Assembly (NCBI GenBank): GCA_963785235.1
Contig: CAWAUM010000001.1
Span: 1-64,000 of the forward strand
Source of the DNA: an uncultured delta proteobacterium
GTDB taxonomy: Bacteria; Desulfobacterota; Desulfomonilia; UBA1062
Length of the DNA stretch: 64,000 nt
Direction of reading: 5' to 3'
Position numbers and translations under genes: made by a program. Positions 30,694-41,711 of this stretch are shown here, piece after piece; within the stretch, counting starts at the first letter, position 1; each line of letters starts with the position of its first letter. The notes under the pieces are model-generated. The model worked only from the letters and a program-made list of their open reading frames with translations. It searched no databases and was not told the DNA's origin.

Positions 30694-32294
30694 ATGTCGG
30701 GAGAGTATGTAGCCGGACTGTTTTCGGATGAAGTGGCCCTGAAGTGCGAGAAGATGCCCGATTTCCCTGTGATCACCTTTGAGAACGGGGAGAATCTGGC
30801 AGATGAGATCGTCACCTATAAAGACCTTTTCATAAACGGATGCAAGGTGGCCAAGGCCCTCCAACGCGCCGGCATCGGCAAGGGTGACCGCTTCAGCCTG
30901 GTCATGCGCAACCACCCGGAATTTCTCTACACCCTGCTCGCGGCATCCATCATAGGAGCAGTGGTGGTGCCCATCGACCCGCGTTCCAAGGGGAGCAAGC
31001 TGAGCTATCAGATAAAGGACTCCAACTCCAAGGGCATTATCTTCACCAATGAATTCACCCCTGATGTGGAGAAATCTCTCGCTGAGCTCAAGGATGTCAA
31101 GGTGGTCGGGGTGGTGTACAAGGATGGGTTCGATAAGAAGGTCCTAAGCCAGTACCCCTCGTTGAACGAGATCCTGAACGGCCCTGAGGCAGGCCTGCCA
31201 GCCAATATGAACAGGGAGCTGAACACCCCCTTCGAGGTCATCTACACCTCGGGAACCACGGGCGACCCCAAGGGCGTGGTCATCAAGGCGAGCCGGATGC
31301 CCCAGTTCACCATGCTCGCCCAGTTCATCTGGCAGTACACCGCAGACGACAAGCTCTACACCGGGCTGTCACTCACCCACGGCAATGCCCAGTCCGTGAC
31401 CCTCGTGCCCTCGCTCATGCTGAACATCCCTTCGGTCATCAGCCGCAAGTTCACCAAGAGCAGGCTCTGGGACATCTGCAGGAAGCACGGATGCACTACG
31501 TTCTCGCTCCTGGGCGGCATGATGATGGGCCTCTACAGCGAGCCGAGGAAGCCAGACGACGCCGACAACCCGGTGCGCAAGGTGCTCGAGCGCAGGCACG
31601 CCGCGGAGCATCTGGGAGGATTTCGAGAAGAGCTTCAACGTGAAGATCCACGAGTGGTACGCCGCGGTGGAGGGCGGGTTCGCCCATAATCCCCCGGGCG
31701 AGGGCCCCATCGGATCATTCGGCAAGCCCATCGAAGGGCTCATGGAGACGAAGATCGTACGGGACGACGAGACCGAGTGCGCCCCCGGAGAGGTCGGCGA
31801 GCTTGTGGTGGCCCAGAAGCAGGGCAAGGTGGAGGTGGAGTACCTGGGCAAGAAGGAGGCATCCGAGGAAAAGACCCGGGGCGGGGTGCTGCGCACCGGC
31901 GACATGTGCCACAAGGATGAGAACGGCTGGCTGTTCTTCGATTTCCGCAAGGGCGGGGGATTGAGGCGCCAGGGAGACTTCATCCTGCCCGAGTACGTGG
32001 AGAAGGCCACTGGCCGATCTGGCCGATGTGAGCGATGTCTGCGTGTACGGTATCCCTGCGGAATCCGGGTCGCCCGGCGAGAGCGACATCGTGGCCGCCA
32101 TCGTCCTGGCCCCGGGAGCGAAGCTCGATGTGAAAAAGATCTACAAGGAGCTGGAGAAGACCCTGGAGAAGGGATACATCCCGCAGTTCCTCCAGGTGGT
32201 GAGCGATATTCCCAAGACCGCTTCCGAGAAGAACCTCGATCGCGTGCTGCGTGATGAGTTCAGCAAGGATGCGGCGAATGTGCATAGATTTTAG
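30694..32294 (+). CDS. CaiC-like acyl-CoA ligase (frameshifts near 31590 and 32010)
   Basis: YTSGTTGDPKG, LTHGNA, RKFTKSRLW, WYAAVEGG, RTGD, IPKTASEK. Confidence 0.88.
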
Positions 32295-32329
32295 GCATGA
32301 GCCTAATTTAAAAATAAGGAGCAAACACC

Positions 32330-33601
32330 ATGGCATATGATTTTCTCGATCTGCAGGTAGCAGACCCGATTGCAATGTCCGATGACCACGAGGCGCTGAA
32401 GAAGGCTGTCAGGAAGTTCGCCACCGAGGTGGTCAGGCCCGCTTCCATCGAGCTTGACAAGATGAGCGCGGAGGACATGGCCAAAAAGGGCTCCCCTTAC
32501 TGGACCTGTATGCAGAAGGCCCACGAACTCGGTTACCATACCATCTTCATCCCCGAGGAGTACGGCGGCATCGGGCTCGATCCGCTGGGGCTCCACATAT
32601 TCTTCGAGGAGATGGCCGCGGCGAGCATCGGGATTGCGGTTTCCTGCGGCGTGGATGTCTTTCCCACCTTCTTCGCCAACATGATCCTGGCGGAATATCC
32701 GCAGCTCGAGGACATTCTCCTCAAGCCATACGTTGCGGACAAGGACTGTTCCATGCTGGGGTGCTGGGCCATCACCGAGCCTGAACACGGCTCCGACATC
32801 CTCACGCCCTACCAGCCCCACTTCCATGACCCGAAAATCAGCCACCAGCTCGTGGGCAAGAAAGACGGCGACGACTGGATATTGAACGGCCAGAAGGCGG
32901 CCTGGGTCTCCAACGGAACCGTGGCATCCATGGCGTTGCTCTTCTTCGGCACCGACCCATCCATGGGGCTTGCCGGAGGCGGCATCGCCATAGCAGACCT
33001 CACGGGCCCAGGGGTCACCCGGGGTAAAACCCTGGAGAAGATCGGCCAGCGGGACCTCCCCCAGGGCGAGATCTACTTCGACGATGTGAGGGTGCCCAAG
33101 GAGCGCATCTTCTGCGTGTCCGACTCCTATGAGCAGATGACCGACCTCGTGCTCGGTGCGGCGAACGCCCATATGGCGATCATGTGCGTCGGCGGCGCCA
33201 GGGCGGCATTCGAAGAGACCCTTTCCTACACCAAGGAGAGGGTCCAGGGCGGCAAGCTGTTGTGCGAGCACCAGGACGTCCAGAGGAGGCTCGCCGAGAT
33301 GTTCATCAATATCGAGGCGGCCAGGCAGCTCTCCCGGAACGTAATGACCTATAACCTCTGGAGCTTCCCGCCCAACACCACCTACTCCATGGCCTCCAAG
33401 GTGTACTGCTCAAGGGTCGCCTTTGACGTAGCCCAGAACGCGGTGCAGATCTTCGGCGGGAACGGCCTCACCAAGGAGTATGTCATCGAGAAGCTCTTCA
33501 GGGACATCACCTCCACCAGGATCGAGGACGGCTCCAACGAAACACTGACACTGGCCGTCGGCCGCGAGATCCTCCACGGGGAAATCCCCTACGGGAGCTG
33601 A
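32330..33601 (+). CDS. Acyl-CoA dehydrogenase
   Basis: IPEEYGG, WAITEPEHGSD, LNGQKAWVSNG, RVQGG, AVQIFGGNG, IEDGSNE. Confidence 0.93.
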   Translation: MAYDFLDLQVADPIAMSDDHEALKKAVRKFATEVVRPASIELDKMSAEDMAKKGSPYWTCMQKAHELGYHTIFIPEEYGGIGLDPLGLHIFFEEMAAASIGIAVSCGVDVFPTFFANMILAEYPQLEDILLKPYVADKDCSMLGCWAITEPEHGSDILTPYQPHFHDPKISHQLVGKKDGDDWILNGQKAAWVSNGTVASMALLFFGTDPSMGLAGGGIAIADLTGPGVTRGKTLEKIGQRDLPQGEIYFDDVRVPKERIFCVSDSYEQMTDLVLGAANAHMAIMCVGGARAAFEETLSYTKERVQGGKLLCEHQDVQRRLAEMFINIEAARQLSRNVMTYNLWSFPPNTTYSMASKVYCSRVAFDVAQNAVQIFGGNGLTKEYVIEKLFRDITSTRIEDGSNETLTLAVGREILHGEIPYGS

Positions 33602-33673
33602 CACAGGTACAGGGTTTTTACTACGTCACATGAGAAGAAAAGGATCACACCCATCAATGAAAAGGAGATACAA

Positions 33674-34917
33674 ATGGACAGCGTGTATGTGATCGGCGTC
33701 GGCATGATACGTTTTGGCAAGTACCTCGACGGCTCGGTCCGTGTCATGGCAAAGGCAGGCCCTGGACCTGGTCCTAGCCGATGCCGGGCTCGACCAAAGC
33801 CGATATCCAGTCGGCATATATATCCAACACCTTCTGGGGCATGTTCGCAAACCAGCATTCCATCAGGGGCGAGGTCATGCTCTGGGATGCCGGGCTCCGG
33901 GGCATCCCCATCGTGAACTGTGAAAATGCGTGCGCCGGCGCATCAACGGCGGTGCACCTGGGCTATACCGCCATAAGGGCAGGGATGTACGACGTGGTCC
34001 TGGCACTGGGTTCGGAGAAGATCACGAACGCCAACAAGGCGCTCTCGCTCAGCGCATACGCCACCTGCATGGACGTGGAGAACTTCGAGTAGCACATCAA
34101 CATGTTCATGGAGCTCAACAAGAAGCTCGATTTCAAGCTCCCCGACGGCGAGACGCCCCCGGGCGAAGGCAGGAGCATCTTCATGGATGCCTATGCCATG
34201 GGCGCCAGGTGGCACATGAAGAAATACGGCTCCACCAAGAAGCAGCTCTCGGTGATCTGCTCCAAGAACCACTACCACGGTTCGCTCAACCCGAACGCCC
34301 AGTTCCAGGAAGCCATGACCGTGGACGAGGTCATGAATGCCAGGCCCGTTACCTACCCGCTCACCGTGCCCATGTGCGCGCCTGTGGGAGACGGTGCGGC
34401 TGCGGCCATCCTGTGCTCCGAAAGATATCTGAAGAAACTGAAAAATGCGCGCCCGGTGAGGATACTCGCTTCCATTCTCGGCTCGGGCACCGATCGGGAC
34501 ATCGACGGGGTCGATATCGGGGAGAGGCTCTCGAAGAAGGCCTATGAGTATGCAGGGCTCGGGCCAAAGGATATCGACCTTGCAGAACTCCACGATGCCA
34601 CGGCCTACGGCGAGCTGCACCAGTACGAGGCCATGGGCTTCTGTGCGCCCGGGGAAGGTGGGATCCTTGCGGAATCCGGGGCCACAACGCTGGGCGGGAA
34701 ACTGCCGGTGAACACGAGCGGCGGGCTCGAATGCCGAGGGCACCCCATCGGGGCGTCAGGGCTCGCCCAGATCCATGAGGTAACCGAGCAGCTCCGGGGC
34801 GAGGCAGGCAAGCGCCAGGTGGAAGGCGCCCGCATCGGCCTGACGGAAAACGGCGGCGGAAACCTGGGTGTCGAAGAGGCATCCATGACCATCCATATAT
34901 TCGAGAAGGTCTCATAA
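33674..34917 (+). CDS. SCP2/SCPx-type thiolase (frameshift near 33760; in-frame TAG at 34090-34092)
   Basis: VIGVGMIRFG, NCENACAGAS, GDGAAA, ELHDA, NTSGG, GHPIGASG, ENGGG. Confidence 0.88.
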
Positions 34918-34986
34918 GAGTGAATACACAGTGATGCCTGTTTTACATCGGGCAGGATGTGTTCATGAAAAGAGGGGGTAGAGCGT

Positions 34987-37441
34987 ATGTCGGAATCCTT
35001 TGAATCGAGCAGGTTTACATATCTGAACGACCCGCCGGTTGTGTCCAGGCCGTTCAGCATCACAGGTGGATCAAGACAAGTGCATCGGCTGCGGCGTCTG
35101 CATCAAGCAGTGCCCGTGTCAGACCCTGGAGATGGTCCCGAGGAAAGAGGCCTCTGCGCTTCAGCAGCCTTCCTGCCAGTACCACTGCCCGGCAGGGACG
35201 GACATCCGTGGCTATCTCCAGATCCTGTCCAAAGGGGGATCTCTTGAAGATGCCTGGACGCATCATCACCGAAACCAACCCCATGCCCGCCATCACGGGC
35301 AGGGTCTGCCCGCATCCCTGCGAAAGCTCCTGCAACCGCTCGGGTGTGGACAGTTCACTCAACATCAACGGCTCTGGAGCGCGCCGTGGGCGACTACGGG
35401 ATCGAAAAGGGGCTCGCCTTCGAGAAACCCGCAAAGTCACTCAAGGAAAAGGTGGCAGTAATCGGCTCCGGACCCTCAGGCATGTCATGCGCCTATCAGC
35501 TTGCGCGCCTCGGCTACCAGGTAACGGTCTATGAGGCGAACAAGAAGCCGGGCGGCATGCTCACCTATGCGATCCCCCGCTACCGGCTGCCCGAGGCGGT
35601 GGTGGACAGTGAGCTGCAGAAGATCATCGACCTGGGCATCACCATGAAGCTCGGCACTACCGTGGGCAGGGACGTATTGCTCGATGACCTGAAGAAAGAG
35701 TTCAAGGCAATCTATGTGGCCGTGGGCGCCCAGGCCGGTACAGAACTCGGGGTCAAGGGCGAGGACGCAAAGGATGTTTATTCCGGCCTTGCCTTCCTGA
35801 AATCCATCAAGGAGAGCAAGCCGCTCAAACTCGGGAAAAAGGTAGTCGTCATCGGCGGCGGCAACACTGCCATTGATTCGGCCCGTGCAGCCCGCAGGAT
35901 GGGTTCGGACGTGACCATCCTCTACCGGAGAACAGCCTCCGAGATGCCTGCGTATGCAGCAGAGGTGGCGGCGGCGCAGGCCGAGGGTGTGAAGATCGAG
36001 TTCCTGTGCGCCCCTGTGCGCGTGTCCGCGAACGGTAAAGGGAGCGTTTCCTGCGTAAGGATGGAGCTCGGAGCGCCTGATGAGTCGGGCAGGCCAAGGC
36101 CCGTGCCCATCAAGGGGAGCGATTTCGAAGTGGCCTTTGACACGCTGATAGCGGCCGTAGGCCAGGCCCTGCTGCCCGAAGGGTTCGAAGGACTCTTGGG
36201 CTCTTCCTGGATCGGTGCCGATGAACTGGGTCAGACTTCCCAGAAAGGGATCTTTGCAGGCGGCGATGCGGCGAGCGGCCCGGGACTGGTTGCCGGAGGC
36301 CATAGGCGCGGGCTCAAAGGCGGCCCTTGCCATCGATGCCTTTATCAATGGCAGGAAGGCGGGTCTGCCGGAAAAGAAAGAGATATCGTACAAGGATGTC
36401 CCGTTGAATGAATGGCCGAAGATGGCTCGGAGCGTTGCCAAAGAGCTCACCGTGGAGCAGAGACTCGCCCATGCCGATGCCGAGGTGAACCTGCCCTTGA
36501 GCCTGGAACAGGTGCAGAGCGAGGGCAAGCGCTGCCTTGGCTGCGGCATGAAGGAGCCGAAGTTCACCGGCATGCCCTATTTCGGGAAGATCTGCATCGC
36601 GTGCCACAACTGCGAGGCCATCTGTCCCCAGGGAGCGCTGTCCTTCCCGTATTACTATCAGATCGACAAGGGCAGGTGGGCATACGATTTCGACTATGCC
36701 GAGCGCGGAGCGGGAATACCGAACCCGCTCATGCTGGACAAACCGCTCGATCTCAGTGAGATAGAATCAAATCTCACCGGGGCAGAGAAGGTGATCTACA
36801 ACCGCAGATCCACCCGGATCTACAAGCCCGATGCGGTGCCGAAAGAGCTCATCCACCGGGTGCTGGAGGCGGGCAGGTTTGCGCCGTCGGCCGGGAACTG
36901 CCAGGGATGGAAGTTTGTGGTGCTCACGGATAAGGCACTCATGAATGATATGAGTGTGACCGTGCTCAAGTTCCTGAACATGTTCACCAAACTCTACCAG
37001 GGCAAGGACCCCTTGAGGACGGCGTTGAAGAAGACCCTGGCATTCGCGAAACCCTCCGGGAGCGACCAGCGTCCCATGGTGGCCATGCAGGCCCTGCTCA
37101 CGCCCAAATTCGGAGATAAACCGTTGAGTGTATTCTTCGATGCCCCCTGTGCCATTATCCTGCTCGCGCACCATATGCACATCTCCGATGCATCTCTGGG
37201 CATCGGTATCTGCGCCCAGAACATGGTGATGGCCGCCCACTCGCTCGGGCTCGGCACGTGCTACGTGGGATTTGTGTCAACAGCCTTGAAGATGGACCCC
37301 GGCACCAAGAAATACTGGCCCAAGCTCGGCATCTCCTGGCCCTATGATATCCCCTGTACGGTACTGACGCTGGGATATCCGGCCGTACAGACGGACAAGC
37401 CGGTGGAGCGTGAGTTCCCCAAGGTGGTCTGGGTGGAATAA
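34987..37441 (+). CDS. Fusion of ferredoxin, GltD/NfnB-like FAD/NAD(P) oxidoreductase and nitroreductase domains (several indels)
   Basis: CIGCGVCIKQCP; CQYHCP...GRVCPHPCESSCNR; GSGPSG; GGGNTAID; YRRT; AGGD; RCLGCG; CIACHNCEAICP; RRSTR; APSAGNCQGW; LGLGTCYVG. Confidence 0.8.
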
Positions 37442-37448
37442 AGACAGT

Positions 37449-37486
37449 CCCCCCGAGGGGAAGTCCCTTCGGGGGGATAATTTTTT
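37449..37486 (+). terminator. Intrinsic terminator
   Basis: TCCCCCCGAGGGGA/TCCCTTCGGGGGGA stem followed by TAATTTTTT. Confidence 0.7.
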
Positions 37487-37514
37487 GATTTATTGTAATG
37501 GAAGGGATGTCTCC

Positions 37515-38471
37515 ATGAAACATATCCTTATCACCGGGGTATCAGGGTATTTCGGGCAGAAGCTTGTAGAGCTCTTTGAAGGCAAATCCGAGGTGGAGCG
37601 CATTACGGGGATCGATATCAGGCTCCCTGCGTATTCCTCAAAGAAGCTCGAGTTCATCAGGTGTGATGTTCGGGACAATCTGGAAAAGGTCTTCTCCGGC
37701 AGGGCTATCGACTGCGTCATCCATACTGCCTATATCCTCCCTCCCATTCACGACACGGCCCTCATGGAGGACATCAACGTCAACGGCACGATCAACGTCC
37801 TTACCGCTTCCGCTGCCCACAAGGCCGCCCAGATCATCGACTGCTCGTCGAGCACGGCATACGGGTTCCATCCCGACAACCCGCGGGTATTAACCGAGGA
37901 GAGCCCGCTTCGGGGAAACGATGACTTCATCTACGCGAAGAATAAGAAGGAGCTGGAGAAATGGACCCAGGGCTTCGAGAAGGCCCATCCCCACATCCTT
38001 CTCACCGTGATCAGGCCGTGTTTTGTCGTGGGTCCCGGGTTCACCAACCCCTTAGCCCGGCAACTGTGCAAGAAGATCTGCATCCTTCCGTCTGAAACCG
38101 CACCGTTCCAGTTTATCCACGAGGACGACCTTGTGGAGATCATGTATCTCCTGCTGAAGAATGAAAAGACCGGGGTCTACAACCTGGCGGCCGACGGCAC
38201 CATGACCTTTGACGAGATGCTCAGCATCCTGGGCGGGTGGCCATTGAAGATACCGATATGGCTCCTGTGGCCAATGAACAGCCTTATGTGGCACCTGCGG
38301 GCCAAGTTCATCACCGAGTCTCCGAGCCCCTGCCTCAACCTCATCCGCTATCCCTGGATCGCGAGCAACGACAAGGTCAAGAGAGAGCTCGGGTATGAAT
38401 TCAGGTATACGACCAGGGAGGCCTTCGACGATTTCGCCCGGCATGTGAAGGAAACAGGGGGCATCCGGTAG
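37515..38471 (+). CDS. NAD-dependent epimerase/dehydratase (extended SDR)
   Basis: ITGVSGYFG, INVNGT, SSSTAYG, YAKNK. Confidence 0.88.
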   Translation: MKHILITGVSGYFGQKLVELFEGKSEVERITGIDIRLPAYSSKKLEFIRCDVRDNLEKVFSGRAIDCVIHTAYILPPIHDTALMEDINVNGTINVLTASAAHKAAQIIDCSSSTAYGFHPDNPRVLTEESPLRGNDDFIYAKNKKELEKWTQGFEKAHPHILLTVIRPCFVVGPGFTNPLARQLCKKICILPSETAPFQFIHEDDLVEIMYLLLKNEKTGVYNLAADGTMTFDEMLSILGGWPLKIPIWLLWPMNSLMWHLRAKFITESPSPCLNLIRYPWIASNDKVKRELGYEFRYTTREAFDDFARHVKETGGIR

Positions 38472-38508
38472 AGGACTGCACTGAAGTTGCAATAGGAGGG
38501 AAGCAGCA

Positions 38509-39369
38509 ATGAGGGTGCAAGTCAAAGGCAGGAATGTTCTCGTAACCGGGTCTTCCATGGGGATCGGCAAGGGACTGTCCGAGTGTTTTGCCGCCGAGGG
38601 TGCAAATCTTGTCCTGGCTGATCACCCGGCCCAGCATGAGCGCCTGGAGGAATGGGCGGCTGAACTGGGGCGCACGTATGGGATCAGGACATGGACCTGT
38701 TATGCCGATCTCTCGGAATCCGATGGCCCTGAGCAGCTCTATGATCAGGTCCTCCGGTCAGTGCCCGAGGTCCATGTGCTGGTGAACAATGCAGGCATTT
38801 GTTGGTTCGGCAGATTCTATGAAATGCCAATGGAGAAGCTGAATACCATGATCATGCTCAACTGCGTGGCCTATGCCAAAATGAGCCGCCTCTTCCTGCC
38901 CGCCATGATTGAGCGATCAGAGGGAGGAATCCTGAACATCTCGTCGGTTTCAGCATTTCAGCCCGTGCCGACGCTGGGACTCTATGCCTCCACCAAGGCC
39001 TTGACCCAGAGCCTCACCGAGGCAATCAGGGCTGAGCTGCCCGCAGGGAGCAGGGTTGTCGTCTCAACGCTCAACCCGCCGTTTACCAGGACGCACCTCA
39101 TCGAGGATGCTGGTGTCCCTTCGGATTACATACCCATGATGATGTCCTTCATGGGTGTGGAGGAGGTCACCTCTGAAGGTGTGAAGGCGTTCATGCAGGG
39201 CAAGGAGCGGTATGTGCCCGGCCTCCACAACCGGATCTTCTACCTGGGATTCTCCAAGTTCATGCCCCACAGCATCTTGAACTGGTTCTCCCGGCTGCTT
39301 ACCCGCAGGCTTTCCGATTTCATCCCTGTGCAGGTCATGGCGCTTTTCAAAGGCTTGAAAGCGAAATAG
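38509..39369 (+). CDS. Short-chain dehydrogenase/reductase
   Basis: TGSSMGIG, NNAG, NISS, YASTK. Confidence 0.92.
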   Translation: MRVQVKGRNVLVTGSSMGIGKGLSECFAAEGANLVLADHPAQHERLEEWAAELGRTYGIRTWTCYADLSESDGPEQLYDQVLRSVPEVHVLVNNAGICWFGRFYEMPMEKLNTMIMLNCVAYAKMSRLFLPAMIERSEGGILNISSVSAFQPVPTLGLYASTKALTQSLTEAIRAELPAGSRVVVSTLNPPFTRTHLIEDAGVPSDYIPMMMSFMGVEEVTSEGVKAFMQGKERYVPGLHNRIFYLGFSKFMPHSILNWFSRLLTRRLSDFIPVQVMALFKGLKAK

Positions 39370-39655
39370 CGCCAATCCTTACAAAGGCTTTTCAGGTATC
39401 GTTTCCCTTTTTGTCTTGCCCCAGGGAGGACCTGGGTGCACAGAAATAAACATAAGAAGACCCTATATACTAAATTTGTACAGGACATGATCGGACGCTG
39501 ATTGCGGACATTGGCCCCGGGCTGGGGAAAACACCATTTTATCCTTTCATTTTCCGCAGGATTTGGGTAAATAGCTGCTTTCTTATGATAGCCGCGTTTC
39601 GTCCGGGGCGCTGGCTTAAGCTCGGGCAGGTAGGCCCGTGAAGGGGATAACGCTG

Positions 39656-40540
39656 ATGGAACAGGCCATTGTGAGGGCAAAGGTCCTGGTGGAGGCCCTG
39701 CCCTACATCAGGGATTTCAGGGGTAAACGGATCGTGGTCAAGTACGGCGGCCATGCCATGGTGGACCCTGAGCTGAAGAAGCTCTTTGCCCAGCAGATCA
39801 TCCTGTTCCAGTACATCGGTATCCAGGTGGTGGTGGTCCACGGCGGAGGTCCCCAGATCAGCTCGGTCCTTGCGCAGATGGGCATCAAATCCACCTTTAT
39901 CGAGGGAAAACGCGTGACCGATGCCAAGACCATGGATGTGGTGGAGATGGTCCTGGCAGGCGGCATCAATAAAGAGATCGTGCACCTCATCAACTCGCAA
40001 GGCGGCAAGTCGGTGGGCCTTTCCGGCAAGGACGGCAGCCTGATCAAGGCGAAAAAACTCTACTCGCCGCGCAAGAAGCCCGACGGTACCGTGGTAAACG
40101 ATCTGGACATGGGACATGTTGGTGAGGTGGAAGAGATCAACACCGAGATCATCGATGCCGTGGAAAAGGCCGGGTTCGTGGCGGTCATCGCCCCTTCAGG
40201 AGTGGGCGACGACGGGCTCACCTACAACATCAACGCCGACACTGTGGCCGCAGGCATTGCAAGCCAGCTGGGCGTGGAAAAACTTATCATCTTAACCGAT
40301 GAACAGGGCGTGCTGGACAAGAAGGGAAAGCTCATCTCCAGCCTTAAATATGCACAGATCCCCGGCCTCATGAAAAAGGGCGTGGTCACGGGCGGCATGA
40401 TCCCCAAGCTGGAGTGCTGCATGAAGGCCCTGGATGGCGGGGTTATGAAGGCCCACATCGTGGATGGCCGTGTCCCCTATTCAATCCTGCTGGAGCTCTT
40501 TACCGACTCCGGCATAGGCACCCAGATCGTTAAGGAGTGA
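39656..40540 (+). CDS. argB: Acetylglutamate kinase
   Basis: EALPYI, VVKYGG, VHGGGP, YNINAD, GGMIPK. Confidence 0.96.
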   Translation: MEQAIVRAKVLVEALPYIRDFRGKRIVVKYGGHAMVDPELKKLFAQQIILFQYIGIQVVVVHGGGPQISSVLAQMGIKSTFIEGKRVTDAKTMDVVEMVLAGGINKEIVHLINSQGGKSVGLSGKDGSLIKAKKLYSPRKKPDGTVVNDLDMGHVGEVEEINTEIIDAVEKAGFVAVIAPSGVGDDGLTYNINADTVAAGIASQLGVEKLIILTDEQGVLDKKGKLISSLKYAQIPGLMKKGVVTGGMIPKLECCMKALDGGVMKAHIVDGRVPYSILLELFTDSGIGTQIVKE

Positions 40541-40547
40541 CATAATA

Positions 40548-41711
40548 GTGAACCATGTAATGAAAACCTATGCAAGGCAGCCCGTGAAGATCGTCAAGGG
40601 CAAGGGTTGCCTGCTCTTTGACGATGCAGGCAAGGAGTACCTGGACATGGTTGCCGGCATTGCCGTGTGCAACCTGGGCCATGCGAACCCCGAGGTAGCT
40701 GCTGCGCTGAAGGAACAGGCGGACAGGCTCTTCCACTGCTCCAATCTCTATGAGATCCCCCAGCAGGAGCTTGTGGCAACCATGCTTTCCGAACATTCGT
40801 TTCCTGCAGAGGTCTTCTTCTGCAACTCAGGGGCTGAGGCCAACGAGGGGGCCATCAAGCTCGTACGGAGATATTGCAACACAAAGACCAAGAGGGGGTC
40901 GCGCATCATTACCGCCCAGGAATCCTTTCACGGAAGGACCTTGGCGACCCTGGCCGCTACCGGCCAGACCAAATACCGTGCCGGGTTCGATCCCATACCC
41001 GAGGGCTTTCTCGCCGTACCTTTCGGGGACTTTGATGCCCTCGAGGCAGCCATTACCCCTGAGGTGGGAGGCATCATGCTGGAGCCCATCCAGGGCGAGG
41101 GCGGGGTCAATATCCCTGAGCCGGGATATTTTGCAAAGGTAAGGGAGCTCTGCGACCAGGAAGGCATCCTGCTGGTGCTGGACGAGGTGCAGACCGGCAT
41201 GGCCAGGACCGGCAGGCTTTTTGCCCATGAGCACGAATGCATCACGCCGGACATCATGACCCTGGCCAAGGCCCTGGGCAACGGTTTCCCTGTGGGCGCC
41301 GTGATAGCAAGGCCCGATATCGCCCAGGTGCTCGTCCCCGGCACCCATGCATCCACCTTTGGCGGCAACCCCCTGGCCATGGCAGCCTCTCTGTCCACGC
41401 TCTCAATCATGCTCAGGGACAATATTGCGACGCAGGCCCTTGAGAAGGGCACATACCTGATGGAAAAACTTCAGGGGCTCAAGAAGGACCATCCGGCACT
41501 CAGGACCGTTCGCGGCAGGGGCCTTATGGTGGGTGCCGAGTTCGATGCCGACATTTCCTTCATGCCCGCCGAAGGGCTCAAGCACGGCATCATGCTGAAC
41601 GTCATCCAGGGCCGCATCTTGAGGCTTGTGCCGCCGCTTGTCATCAGTGTGGCTGAAATCGACCAGGCCCTTGAGATCATCGAGGGCATCCTGAAGGAGA
41701 AAGGACTATAA
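40548..41711 (+). CDS. argD: Acetylornithine aminotransferase
   Basis: FCNSGAEANE, FHGRT, EPIQGEGG, DEVQTG, TLAK, STFGGNP. Confidence 0.93.
   Translation: MNHVMKTYARQPVKIVKGKGCLLFDDAGKEYLDMVAGIAVCNLGHANPEVAAALKEQADRLFHCSNLYEIPQQELVATMLSEHSFPAEVFFCNSGAEANEGAIKLVRRYCNTKTKRGSRIITAQESFHGRTLATLAATGQTKYRAGFDPIPEGFLAVPFGDFDALEAAITPEVGGIMLEPIQGEGGVNIPEPGYFAKVRELCDQEGILLVLDEVQTGMARTGRLFAHEHECITPDIMTLAKALGNGFPVGAVIARPDIAQVLVPGTHASTFGGNPLAMAASLSTLSIMLRDNIATQALEKGTYLMEKLQGLKKDHPALRTVRGRGLMVGAEFDADISFMPAEGLKHGIMLNVIQGRILRLVPPLVISVAEIDQALEIIEGILKEKGL

Noticed and set aside
39370-39655. Arg/Lys leader peptide or riboswitch before argB
   Set aside because: The short ORFs (MIGR; MIAAFRPGRWLKLGQVGP) are not enriched in Arg or Lys, and no terminator/antiterminator pair was found.
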